This document shows, piece after piece, positions 38,396 through 49,000 of a stretch of 64,000 nucleotides of DNA. Source of the DNA: Myxococcota bacterium (GTDB taxonomy: Bacteria > Myxococcota_C > UBA6777); NCBI GenBank assembly GCA_023150835.1, contig JAKLKB010000005.1, positions 1 through 64,000 of the forward strand. The letters run 5' to 3'. Position numbers and translations under genes: made by a program. How positions within the stretch are numbered: position 1 is the first letter of the stretch; each line of letters begins with the position of its first letter. The notes beneath the pieces are model-generated. The model was not told the DNA's origin and did no database searches. It saw only the letters and a list, made by a program, of their open reading frames with translations.

Positions 38396-39205
38396 TCAAA
38401 ACAACGGATCATGCCCAAGGGCTTGCGCTTCGAGCGTCGGGATCCGATACTCGCGCCGCGCCACCAAGATCAAACGCGATGCCTCCAAATCATACGCAGC
38501 CCCCTCCAGATCCCCGTACGCTTCCAAGCTAATAAACCCACACTGCTTGCACATATCGCTCAACTCCACTGCCGAATAAAGCTGCATATCCCACGTGAAT
38601 TCACGCGTCTCTGCGCCATTAATCACGATCCAACGATTGTTGATCGAACGCCACGCATCCACCGCACGCCGCTCCTCCAACAAATACACTCCACCTTCTT
38701 CGCTCCAACTTCGCGCCACAAAATGCCGAATCAACAACTCTTTCCCCAACAAGTCCATCAAGAGCTGTCCCCCCGGGCGCAACGAATTGTGCATATTCTT
38801 GAGGGTCTTGAAATTCTCCTTTGGGTCCGCAAAATAACCAAAACTCGAAAACAAATTCAGTACCGCATGAAAACGACCCGGGCGAACAAACCCGCGCATA
38901 TCCCCCTGCACGACCTCCAGCGACAACCCTTCGGCATCCGCTTGCAAGCGCACCTTCTCCAAAAAACTTGCCGTCCGATCCACGCAGGTCACCGCATATC
39001 CCCGACGCGCCAACTCCAACGCATGACGCCCCGGCCCACAAGCCACGTCCAAGATCTGCGCTCCTTCGGGCAAATTCAACAACGCCAACATCTGCGTCAC
39101 TTCTTGCTCTGCCCGCTCCCATCGCTGCGCCGAAAACAACACGGGCGACACCGCTTCCCAAAACGCATCGTCCTCATGCCACCTCTTCTCCGTACCCCTG
39201 CTCAT
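38396..39205 (-). CDS. Class I SAM-dependent methyltransferase
   Basis: ILDVACGPGRH, QGDMR, NLFSSFGYF, LRPGGQLLMD. Confidence 0.93.
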   Translation of the reverse strand: MSRGTEKRWHEDDAFWEAVSPVLFSAQRWERAEQEVTQMLALLNLPEGAQILDVACGPGRHALELARRGYAVTCVDRTASFLEKVRLQADAEGLSLEVVQGDMRGFVRPGRFHAVLNLFSSFGYFADPKENFKTLKNMHNSLRPGGQLLMDLLGKELLIRHFVARSWSEEGGVYLLEERRAVDAWRSINNRWIVINGAETREFTWDMQLYSAVELSDMCKQCGFISLEAYGDLEGAAYDLEASRLILVARREYRIPTLEAQALGHDPLF

Positions 39206-39251
39206 CGCTTTCTTCTCCCAAGCTGCTTTCTGGCGCTGTTTTCTCTCTGGA

Positions 39252-39367
39252 TAGGACTTACGCAGTTCGATACGAAAAAGGCCCATGTTCGGGCGTGGGC
39301 GGTTCGCGAACCGCCCCTACAACGTTCTGATATCTCAGGGTTTCCCTTTTCAACTGCGTAACTCCTA
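39252..39367. mobile_element. 116-bp MITE-like element (family C) carrying a GTAG-type REP palindrome
   Basis: TIRs taggacttacgcagtt / aactgcgtaactccta (15/16 match), TCTGGA direct repeat on both flanks, internal gggcggttcgcgaaccgcccctac. Confidence 0.85.
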
Positions 39368-39723
39368 TCTGGAATCTTTTTTGTTCCCCACGCAAACACC
39401 AAGTTTGCCCGAAGCCACGCCACCAACGCAACCCCCTCCGCTTTCCACCCCCCACCGCACTTCACGATCGCCTCGCCTTGCAGAAGCACAACACCTTCGC
39501 TAAAGTACCCTCCACACAAACGCGGCGCTTTTTTTCTTCTCGCAGCCTCCCCCAACGTCACCGTCCTCACCCCATCCACACACCGCAGCGTTTGATTCTC
39601 TGACCCTTGCCATCGAGTTTTCCGCAAGGTGCGTCCCCTCAACCCAACCGCACATACGCGCCTGCGTTGTCGAGACTCGAACAAACCTCCATTCCCAAAC
39701 CTCTAGCCCCCGTGAGGTGGATC

Positions 39724-41373
39724 GTGCCTTCGAGACGTTTGCTTTTGTACTCATTGTTGCTTGTTTGCCTTTGTACCACTCCGCTTTTCCTCGGATGCGA
39801 AACCTATATGGCGATCTCTCAAGATCCGACCCAACGCCCAAAAACCGAACCCATCGCCTCGATCGAACCCCCCCCCGAAGAGATCCCCCCCGAAGAACCT
39901 CCCCCCGAAGAACCCGAATGTACCGACGGTGTCCGTGAGTCTTGCGAAACAGGAGAACCCGGTGTCTGCGCACCCGGCGAACGCCTCTGCAACAACGGAC
40001 GCTTTGGCCCTTGCAAACGTCTCCAAGAACCCAGCGCGGAAATATGCGACAACCTCGACAACGATTGCGACGGAAAAACCGACGAAGACCTCCAACGTAG
40101 CTGCTACACAGGCCCCCCCGAAACCCGACAAATCGGCGACTGCCGCGATGGAATCCAAGTCTGCAACTCTGGACAATGGGGCCCCTGCCTCGGCGATATC
40201 TTGCCCAAAGAAGAGATCTGCGACAACCGCGACAACGACTGCGACGGCTTTATCGACGAGTACCTCCCGATCCAACAAATCGGCACCGTTCGCAACTACT
40301 CGAATCTCGGCGATTATAGCCACTTGTACATGGTCTCCACACCCAACGGCTATGCCTTCGGTTGGTCCGAACGCGCTCAAAGCGAGATGACGGGGCAGAT
40401 CCGCGTCACAGGCGTCCGCCCCGACGGCGACCGCGAAGGCTCCGACTGGCCCGTCACCAAAGAAGGAGAACGCGGGAATATTCACGGCCTCGCATGGATG
40501 GGCAAAGGCTTTGCCGTCGCATGGGATACAGACCAATCGCGTGGACGCGATATCTCCGATGCGTATATAGGAACCTTTAACCCCAACGGCAGTCGATTAC
40601 GCGGCCCCTTGATGCTTGAACAAGGCGGACGTGCCGCCAACACAGGCGTGACCTACGGTGCGGGCCTTTTAAGCGTTGGCTGGATCCGCTACCTCGACGA
40701 ATCTAGCGGATACATACGCCTCCAACTCTTTGACACCGATCTCAAACCCCAAGGCGAGATCACCCCCATCCAGCCCGAATACGCGCTGCTTCCTCAAAAC
40801 TCTCCTTTCCCCGCCATGGCTTTCAGCGGAAACCAAGTCGCCGTTTCTTGGTGCGCTCCCCAACGAAAACTCAAACTCGGACTCTTCGACAACAAGGGCA
40901 AACCCACCAACACCTTCTTCGATATCCCCAACGCAGGGATCGCTCCTGCCGACCCCGCCATCACGGGCTACAACGACGGCTACCTCCTGCTGTGGACCGA
41001 CCTCAACAGCAACCCACCCGGCGCTCTCTACGCACAACGCCTCGACCGACAAGGCCGCACCGTCGGCACACGCCAAACCCTCAGCAACGAAGGCAGCCGC
41101 ACCCCCACCCTCCAAGTCACCTCCTTTGGTGCGGTCGTCGCGTGGTATCAAGAACAGGCTCGCGGATTGGGCGTCTCCATCGGTCGCGTCGACCGCGACG
41201 GAAAACTCCTTGCCCCTGCTTCTTGGTTCTCTGTCCCCAACATCCAACCCTACATCACGATGGCTTGGACTGATCTCGGAAAAGGCTCTGGACGCGGTGC
41301 CATCGCTTGGATAGAACGCGAACAACGACTCAATGTCGATCGCATCATGGTTGCCCCCCTCGGCTGTCGCTAA
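39724..41373 (+). CDS. Lipoprotein with myxobacterial Cys-rich putative metal-binding repeats and a C-terminal beta-rich domain
   Basis: GAGG RBS plus GTG, lipobox FLGC, EICDNLDNDCDGKTDE and EICDNRDNDCDGFIDE. Confidence 0.82.
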   Translation: MPSRRLLLYSLLLVCLCTTPLFLGCETYMAISQDPTQRPKTEPIASIEPPPEEIPPEEPPPEEPECTDGVRESCETGEPGVCAPGERLCNNGRFGPCKRLQEPSAEICDNLDNDCDGKTDEDLQRSCYTGPPETRQIGDCRDGIQVCNSGQWGPCLGDILPKEEICDNRDNDCDGFIDEYLPIQQIGTVRNYSNLGDYSHLYMVSTPNGYAFGWSERAQSEMTGQIRVTGVRPDGDREGSDWPVTKEGERGNIHGLAWMGKGFAVAWDTDQSRGRDISDAYIGTFNPNGSRLRGPLMLEQGGRAANTGVTYGAGLLSVGWIRYLDESSGYIRLQLFDTDLKPQGEITPIQPEYALLPQNSPFPAMAFSGNQVAVSWCAPQRKLKLGLFDNKGKPTNTFFDIPNAGIAPADPAITGYNDGYLLLWTDLNSNPPGALYAQRLDRQGRTVGTRQTLSNEGSRTPTLQVTSFGAVVAWYQEQARGLGVSIGRVDRDGKLLAPASWFSVPNIQPYITMAWTDLGKGSGRGAIAWIEREQRLNVDRIMVAPLGCR

Positions 41374-41408
41374 TCCTCCTAAACAACCTCCGCCTTTTGG
41401 AGACGGCA

Positions 41409-42989
41409 TTGAATCGCTCTTCTCTCACTCGAACGCTCGTCCTCCTCGCTTCTTTTCTCTTGTCCTTCACCTTTTGGCAGATCCTCTCCAGTTGGCATCA
41501 CCGAGTCCCCCCAAACGAAACGGTCTGGGGCCTGTTTCAAGGAGATATGCCCACCTATCTCGCCAACGCACGCGCCACTTCCCCGCGCTTCTTCCACCTC
41601 ACCTACGCAAGCCCCCTCGATATCTCTCCCCAAAAACACGATTACCTCACCCAGCTTCCCATCTCTTTGCTTTCGCTCTTGTTGAAAGCGGGCCTTAGCG
41701 AAAGCCAATCCAACCAGTTCCTCACTTTGTTCTTTGGAACGCTCATGTTCTTCGGCCTGTTTTTTTTGATCGAGAACACACTCCAACACCAAACCTTTCG
41801 CATCCTCCTGTTTTTCCTTCTGTCTTTTGGCGGTGGACTCGCTTGGCTTTCGAGTCTCCTTCGATCGGATGTCGGCTTTTGGGCGGGCATCCGTTTTTTT
41901 GAACACAACTACTACTGGTGGTTTTTTAATCTGTTCCGCAACTTGCTCTACCCCCTCGAACTGATCCACCACTGCATCTTTTTTTGGTATTTGTTGTGCT
42001 TAATCAATCGCCAATGGCTCCCTGCCAACGGCCTCCTTGTGCTTGCTTTGTTGAGCAATCCTTTTTTAGCCGCGCACTTGATCTTGATCCACGCGCTCAC
42101 AGCGATGTTCGACGCCACCTCCTCGTGGCTCAAAAAATCCGCTAGTCTTCCTCTTGTCCTTTTGTGGGTCCTCTATTACACTCTCCTCTTGCCCTCAAGC
42201 CCCACATTCCACAGCCTGATCTCACAACACGCAACAGCCTACAAAACCCCCATGCAGTGGGCTGATCTCTTCCAAGCCTATGGGTTTTCAACCCTCGCTT
42301 TTCTTTTGTTCTTGGATCGATCGTTTGTTCGGGCCGTTTGGGCCGAATGGGTATTGATCCCCATCGTCGCTATGGCTCTCGTCACTTTCGCTTTGGTACA
42401 CCATTCTCGCCTGCCCTTTCTCCACGCCGTTCAACCGCTTCATTTCAGCCGAGGATATCTCTTCGTCAGTTTGTGGTTGCTCCTCTTCAGTTGGATTGAA
42501 TTTCGTACTCGACAAGGACATCTCCAAAAATCATTCTCTCTGTTTTTGCTCACGATGTTCCTTCTGAGTGCTTTGCCCGACAACCTTTCGTTCGCCCGCG
42601 ATATGTACTTGATCAAGCCTGACTCTCCCCTCCTTGTTTGGGATTCCGGCAGAAACACGGTGCTGCGCTTCGTCAAAAATCTACCCCCCAAAACAAAGAT
42701 CCTTGCCACAGATCTCACACTCAACCGCCAGATCAGCGCGATGACGGATCACGTTGTTCTTTTTGGCACGCCTTACACGACCCCCCATTTTCAACTCCGA
42801 ATGCAAAAAACCATCGAATTCCTCGCCAACGGCGGTGTCGGCAGCCTCTCCTTGCCCTCCGCTTGGTGTCCCGATCTGATCATCGCTCCCAAAAACCCCG
42901 ATATCCTCGCACGCCTTGATCGCTCCCTTTGGGAACACTTCCCGCTCTCGCCTTCTTGGAACATCTACCTCAAAAAAGCCCCCCGCTAA
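41409..42989 (+). CDS. Multi-pass membrane protein, possibly a GT-C-type glycosyltransferase
   Basis: About 11-12 hydrophobic segments, QGDMPTY in the first loop, soluble C-terminal tail; TTG start after GGAG; function is inference. Confidence 0.65.
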   Translation: MNRSSLTRTLVLLASFLLSFTFWQILSSWHHRVPPNETVWGLFQGDMPTYLANARATSPRFFHLTYASPLDISPQKHDYLTQLPISLLSLLLKAGLSESQSNQFLTLFFGTLMFFGLFFLIENTLQHQTFRILLFFLLSFGGGLAWLSSLLRSDVGFWAGIRFFEHNYYWWFFNLFRNLLYPLELIHHCIFFWYLLCLINRQWLPANGLLVLALLSNPFLAAHLILIHALTAMFDATSSWLKKSASLPLVLLWVLYYTLLLPSSPTFHSLISQHATAYKTPMQWADLFQAYGFSTLAFLLFLDRSFVRAVWAEWVLIPIVAMALVTFALVHHSRLPFLHAVQPLHFSRGYLFVSLWLLLFSWIEFRTRQGHLQKSFSLFLLTMFLLSALPDNLSFARDMYLIKPDSPLLVWDSGRNTVLRFVKNLPPKTKILATDLTLNRQISAMTDHVVLFGTPYTTPHFQLRMQKTIEFLANGGVGSLSLPSAWCPDLIIAPKNPDILARLDRSLWEHFPLSPSWNIYLKKAPR

Positions 42990-43113
42990 CCCACCTCAAA
43001 GAACCCCCCCCCTCGCTCCAACCGCCCCCACTCTACACCTTTGAGCATGGGCAATCCCAGCGGCTCGCTTTTCCATCTCCTCGCTCCAACCGCTCTCACT
43101 CCGACCTACACCC

Positions 43114-43866
43114 TCAAGGTGCAAAAGACGACAGCGGACTGCGTTTTCGTGGGGCGGCGATGCGTGCGGTCATACGCCCACCACAGCAGCGCACGTTGTT
43201 GTGCGCAACACAAGCGAAACGGCCTTGGTTGCGCTTCGAACACCGATAACGCCACGCAGCCATCCACACCACTTGACGCCCTTTGCACTGGCGCGAAGCA
43301 TGGCGACGTGCGGTTTGGCGGGCTTGTTTTTGTGCGGTTTCTTTGTTTCGATCGCGCCCAACGCCACGCAGAGCTTTTGGGCGTGTACACGCCCCACCGC
43401 GAAGACTCATCCGACGAATCGGCCTTTGCAACAGCTTCCGTTCGCGTCGAGAGATGCGTGCCACAAGGCGTTTCCGAACGCTCCCTTTGCGCTGCACGAC
43501 TACTTTGCGCACAACACGACGCTTTCGAGCGTTTCTTTTGCGCTGTGCAAGCATCTTCCGCTTGGATTGACGCGGGCCGCACACAAAGCGCCGCTTTACC
43601 ACACAGATCACCCGCCCTTTTTGGGTACGGCATTGCTGCCGCCATACCCCCGCCACGCTGGCTCCCTGTTTTCCGCAACGTTCCCTCGCCGCAACAAGCA
43701 CGCGTTGTCGAGCGCGCTTGACGGTATGCGCGCTGTTTCGACCTTCAACACTCCGTGTCACAACAAAAGCCTTCCCTGCTTTCTTGGGGGACGCGACCGC
43801 TTGACTCCCCCACCCGATCGCACACAAACACAAACACAACCAACCGCTTCTCCAACGCTTCTCCAT
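43114..43866 (-). CDS. Secreted, very basic protein with two related Cys-containing domains
   Basis: Signal peptide (..QAVA|SP), GAGG upstream; ARERC..WRQQC..C..C and ASRQC..WRYRC..C..C. Confidence 0.65.
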   Translation of the reverse strand: MEKRWRSGWLCLCLCAIGWGSQAVASPKKAGKAFVVTRSVEGRNSAHTVKRARQRVLVAARERCGKQGASVAGVWRQQCRTQKGRVICVVKRRFVCGPRQSKRKMLAQRKRNARKRRVVRKVVVQRKGSVRKRLVARISRRERKLLQRPIRRMSLRGGACTRPKALRGVGRDRNKETAQKQARQTARRHASRQCKGRQVVWMAAWRYRCSKRNQGRFACVAHNNVRCCGGRMTARIAAPRKRSPLSSFAP

Positions 43867-43885
43867 CGCCCAAAGCCTCCTCACA

Positions 43886-44077
43886 ACGATATACGAAAGA
43901 TGTGTAAACAAAGGGTAGGTGCGATCCGCTGTAGACGCCCTGTTCTTGGGCAGCCACAGGGGGATGCCCGTGCATATGTCGGCACACACCCTGCGGATTT
44001 CGTGCAACGCTCCACATAGACGCACTGTTCTTGGGCAGCTGCCCCTACATGTCGGCACACACCCTGCGGATTCCGTA
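43886..44077 (-). repeat. Degenerate family B element with partial internal duplication
   Basis: gtagacgccctgttcttgggcagc..cggatttcgt, followed by a second tagacgcactgttcttgggcagctgcccctac..cggattccgta. Confidence 0.7.
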
Positions 44078-44253
44078 CAACGCTCCAAAACTCGCAAACC
44101 CCATCCCAACGAACCGAACGAGGCCATACATCACCTCACCCATCAAACGGCAGAAAACCACACGCCCGCTCGTTTCACAAATTTTCGGAACGTCTTGGCG
44201 CATCCCAACGAAACGTGCTAGGATGCGGGCCTCCCAAGGGAAGGAGCTTGAAC

Positions 44254-46098
44254 GTGCCAAAGTTGGATATCAGGATAGGCCATCACGCAAGACAGCAAGT
44301 GGATATCAACAAACCGCAGATCTGGATCGGCAGCGACGAAAGCTGCGATGTTTTTTTGCGCGAACCCGGTGTCTCGCGTTTTCATGCACAACTGCACGTG
44401 GACGAACAAGGCCGATTCTGGCTCCAAGACGCAGGTGGTAGCTTTGGAACGCTGCTCAATGGCCGCGATATCGAGCGAGAACAACTTTTTGAAGGCGACG
44501 AGATCACCCTCGGTCGGATCAAGATCCTTTTCCACGAAGAAGGCGCTCCCTACCGCAGCGGCCTTTCCCTCCCCCCCCAGATCGCAGGACTCCAACTCCC
44601 CGCACCCGCACCTCATCCACCACATCCACTAGGTTCCTTGCCTCCCGCACTGCGCGATGCATCCCTCCATTCATCCCCACCACTCGGCTCTTTGTTTCCT
44701 CCTGAACCCCACGAACAAAATATGCTGCCTCCATCCAAATCCACCGCACAAAGCGCATCATCTCCATCCGAACCCACCGCACAAAGCGCATCATCTCCAC
44801 CCGAATCAACCGCACAAAGCGCATCTCTTCCACCCGAATCCACCGAGCAAGACGATATCGCGATGCTTCACGATTTTGCATACGATGCCGATCTTCCCGA
44901 AACAACCGAATCTTCCGCTCCATCGCCGCTTTCGCTGTTATCTGCCGACGAACTCCCTGCTCCACCACCCACTTCGCCTTCTTCTTCGATCTGGCCAGAA
45001 GCCTCGGAGCTTGCAACCAATTTGCCCACCCATGCCTTTACTCAGACCAGCGAAGCAGAACCAGAAGCCTCGGAGCTTGCGACCGATTTGTCCGATCATC
45101 ACTTTACCAAAAACAACGAAACCGTGATCACCGCCTATCCATCGGCCTCAACAGCAGACGACTCACACGCTTTTTTAGATGGACTGATGTCCTCTGTGCC
45201 TTCGATCCAAGATCTGGATCGAGACTTTGATGCTGTGATGTCGAACCTGCCGCACACTTCGATCTCTCCACTTGCTAATCCTCAAAAAAGCCCTTCTTTC
45301 GGTGCTTTTGCACAAGCCATCCAGCCCTACATACAGCCCCAAAGCTTTCACCACGATCCACACGGGATCGTTCTTCCTATCCAAGAAGAAGATATCCCCG
45401 CTCACCCCTCCCGCGTTTCATCCACACACACCCAAGACACCCAAGACGCCCAAGATATCTGGCAAAAAGAGCAAACAGCTTTGGGGCTGTTTCCGTCTTC
45501 GCTCTCCAACGAAACAGCCAGCTACGGACTGTTTCCTTCCGCAGAAGATCGCACACAACCTGCCGCCCACGCGCCTCCGCATCTCTTGGCTCCGCCCTCG
45601 GCCCAAACAAGCCCCTTGTCTTTGAATGAAACGATCGCGCATATACTTTCGCACGCACCACAAAGCCGCCACGAACTCTCGTCGTCTTTTCACAAAGGCG
45701 ACGTCTGGGCAAGCGAGGCGGATCGGCTGCGTGGCCTTCTGCGACAACGCGAAGAAGAAACCTCCACACTCCAAGAACGCCTTCGCCTTCAAGCCCAACA
45801 ACACCGAGATCTGATGAACACCACGCTCCAACGGTACCGCGAAGAAAATGAACAACTTCAACGACAGATCGCGTTCTACGATCAAATGCGCCTCGAACAA
45901 ACCCAGATGCTCCAAGCTCTCCACGATCTCGAAGAGGCGAAACAACGGCTCCTTGAAGAAAATCAGCGCCTACGTGCTGAAAACCAAGCATGGCGCGAAG
46001 ACGCGAAGACGCGAAGACAACAGCCTCCACACGCTCCGACTTCTCCTGACAACCCCCTGAATCACGGGTTGCCGCCGCAAGCAGCAAAGAACTCATGA
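44254..46098 (+). CDS. FHA-domain protein with long disordered linker and C-terminal coiled coil
   Basis: IGS..CD..VSRFHA..D.GG.FGT.LNG FHA pattern; AAGGAG RBS plus GTG; heptad-rich Q/E/R C-terminus. Confidence 0.87.
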   Translation: MPKLDIRIGHHARQQVDINKPQIWIGSDESCDVFLREPGVSRFHAQLHVDEQGRFWLQDAGGSFGTLLNGRDIEREQLFEGDEITLGRIKILFHEEGAPYRSGLSLPPQIAGLQLPAPAPHPPHPLGSLPPALRDASLHSSPPLGSLFPPEPHEQNMLPPSKSTAQSASSPSEPTAQSASSPPESTAQSASLPPESTEQDDIAMLHDFAYDADLPETTESSAPSPLSLLSADELPAPPPTSPSSSIWPEASELATNLPTHAFTQTSEAEPEASELATDLSDHHFTKNNETVITAYPSASTADDSHAFLDGLMSSVPSIQDLDRDFDAVMSNLPHTSISPLANPQKSPSFGAFAQAIQPYIQPQSFHHDPHGIVLPIQEEDIPAHPSRVSSTHTQDTQDAQDIWQKEQTALGLFPSSLSNETASYGLFPSAEDRTQPAAHAPPHLLAPPSAQTSPLSLNETIAHILSHAPQSRHELSSSFHKGDVWASEADRLRGLLRQREEETSTLQERLRLQAQQHRDLMNTTLQRYREENEQLQRQIAFYDQMRLEQTQMLQALHDLEEAKQRLLEENQRLRAENQAWREDAKTRRQQPPHAPTSPDNPLNHGLPPQAAKNS

Positions 46099-49000
46099 CG
46101 CAGATATCTTATCAACTGACACAAAAACTGCGCGAAGGCGAAGCCTACAGCACCTATCGCGGGACGGCCTACCTACCTGACGGCAGCCAACGCAGCGTCG
46201 TCATCAAGCTCTTGCAACCCCGCCTCGCAAGCGACGGCGTGCTGATCTCCCATCTAACGGGCTTTTTGGACGCCTTGCGCAGCTTGATCCACAGCAGCCT
46301 CGCTCCGATCTGGGACTTTGGACGAGCGGGCGATCTGTTCTTCTTGATCCGCGAATACATCCCGGGTGTTTCGCTCGAACAACTCTTTGGCCTTGCACAA
46401 CAAAACAAAGCCTCGATCTCACCGGCCCTTGCGCTGTATCTCGCACGCGATATCGCCCAAGCCATCCACCTCATCCACAAGCATCGCGTCCCGGGCGATC
46501 AACCGATCTTTTTGTTTCATGGCGGTTTGACTCCCCAAAACATCATCCTCACGCGCATAGGCGATGTCGTGATCACGGATACCGGCCTTGACGTGATCTT
46601 CTGGCGCGATGATCTGATCGTCAATGCCCTACGGCAACGCAAACAACCCTATCATCCGCCAGAATACCTCGTCGGACAACGCCCCTTGCGCCGTGGAGAT
46701 ACCTACAGCGTCGCAGCCCTGCTTTATCAGATGCTTGTCGGACTTCCCCCTCAACAAGCTGCCCAACAGTGGGGACACGCCCAACATTTTGTCCCACCTT
46801 CCAGCCAAAGTCAGCGCGCCACACCCGAACTCGACCAACTCCTCCAACACGCACTCTTCCCACAAGTCGAACAACGCCTCGTCCAAGTCGAACTCTTGCT
46901 CGACGCCCTCAAGTCGCCTTCCCTGATCCGACAAAAACACCTCGATCGCCGCGAAGCCATGGAATACATCGAGGTCCTTGTCCGCGAAGAAACCACCGAT
47001 CCACCGGCTCTTCAAGAGCCTCTGCTCTTCGGCTACCCTTTTCACATCGAATCGCTACTCCCCCAACGCGACGATCTACCACCACCCCACAAACGCTACC
47101 GCCCACCGCGATTCGAAGACACCGACGCTTTCCATCCGCTCCAAGAAGCCGACACGGAACGCTATCACCCCCATCTTGTCGAAGGAAGAGATCTTCCCAC
47201 CAACCCCGCGCTGCGACCCGCTCCGCTTTCTGTCACCCCCTTGCCTCGCCAAACCTCTTCCCTCGGCAGCGCTCTCTTCGTCTCCCCCGACGCACTCGGC
47301 CAACCCACCGCCACACCTCGCACCATCTCTTCACCCGCCCAAACCCTCGATGAAAGCATCGATATCGCCGCCCCACTCGATCCCTTCCAACAAGAAGAAA
47401 ACACACACTCCGGCCTTTCTTCCCCCTCAAACGTTGCTCCTCCCCCGCACACACCTTACATCGCCCCTGACGAAGATACGGACTACCACCAAGGCACCGC
47501 CATCGCGCCTGTCCCCCTCCTTCCCACGCCCATCACAGCGCCCACATCCGCATCGGCCTCTACGACCCCCACAGCACCGACCTCTGCGCCCCAAGCAGAA
47601 TCCGATTCCAACGAAGAGATCCAAGAACTCGGTAGCTACGAAGACAGCGACGAATACGACTCCAACGAAGAGATCCAAGAACTCGGTAGCTACGAAGACA
47701 GCGACGAATACGACTCCACAAACCATCACTCCGCAGACACCGCCAAAGACGCCCCTCGTTCGGGCCAATCCACCGAGGGGACCGTTGCCCTTTCCATCGA
47801 AGACGTCGCAGGATACGAAGGCGATACCCTCTACCGCAAAAACGCCAATCCCTTGGTCCCTCCCCAAATAGCCGAAGCCACGACATCGCGAACGGCTCCG
47901 CTGCCGCCCTCCCCTCATGCCACCACCACACAAACAGCCCCGCTGCCAACAACTTCTCCATCCTCCTCCTCTCCCCCCGTCCCATCGCCTTCTCCATCCT
48001 CCTCTTTGCGCCCCGTCCCATCGCCTCCTCCATCCTCCTCTTTGCACCCCGTCCCATCGCCTTCTTCCGAACCGATCGAAACCTTGGAACCTCTCGAAGA
48101 CGAGGACGAAGAAGAAGAACCCAGCGAGTCCACCGTCACCGTCCCTCTCCACCAAGTCCACGGGATCATCGCAGCCCAAAAAGCCGCACAAATCCCCTCC
48201 GTCCCCACAGACCCATTTCACTCGGCCACACCGCAAGCCTCCGTCGCCCCCACCATCACACCGATGCCCCCACCAAGTCCAGCCGCTTTCGCCCTCCACA
48301 GCGCAGCCGCTTCCTCCACACCCATCAAACCTCCGATCCCCGATATCCCACTCCCACCCCATCTGCTCGCTGGCGCACCAAAAAAGCAAAGCAGCGATCC
48401 CCAACCCACCCAACACTTCGAGCCTCCCGAACCGCCCTCCGATCTCGCCTCTGCCGTTCGCCCGGGACAAGCCATCTTAGAACAACTCGAAGAAGGCCAA
48501 GAACGCTTCGGAAAATTTGTCCTGCTTGGCCGCGTTGCCCTCGGTGGCATGGCCGAAGTCTTCCGAGCTAAGCTCAAACAACCCGATGGTTCCGAGCACA
48601 TCGTCGCAGTCAAGCGCATCCTCCCCGAATTCTCTGGCGACGCGAACTTTATCCAAATGTTCAAAGACGAAGCCCGTATCGCAGGCGCTTTGCTTCATCC
48701 CAATATCGTCCAGATCTACGAACTCGGCGAAGTCGACGGCATTTATTTTATCTCGATGGAATACATCGATGGCATCGACCTTGCCCGTGTCATCAAGATC
48801 CGACGCGCCCTCAATATGCCGATCTCTCCAGAACTCGCGATCGTCATCGGCGTCGGCGTGTGTCGCGCTCTCTTTTACGCACACGAAGAAAAAGACGCCA
48901 ACGGCGAACCCCTCAACATGATCCACCGCGACGTCACCCCTCACAACGTCTTAATCAGCCGCAGCGGAGACGTCAAACTGACCGACTTTGGGATCGCCAA

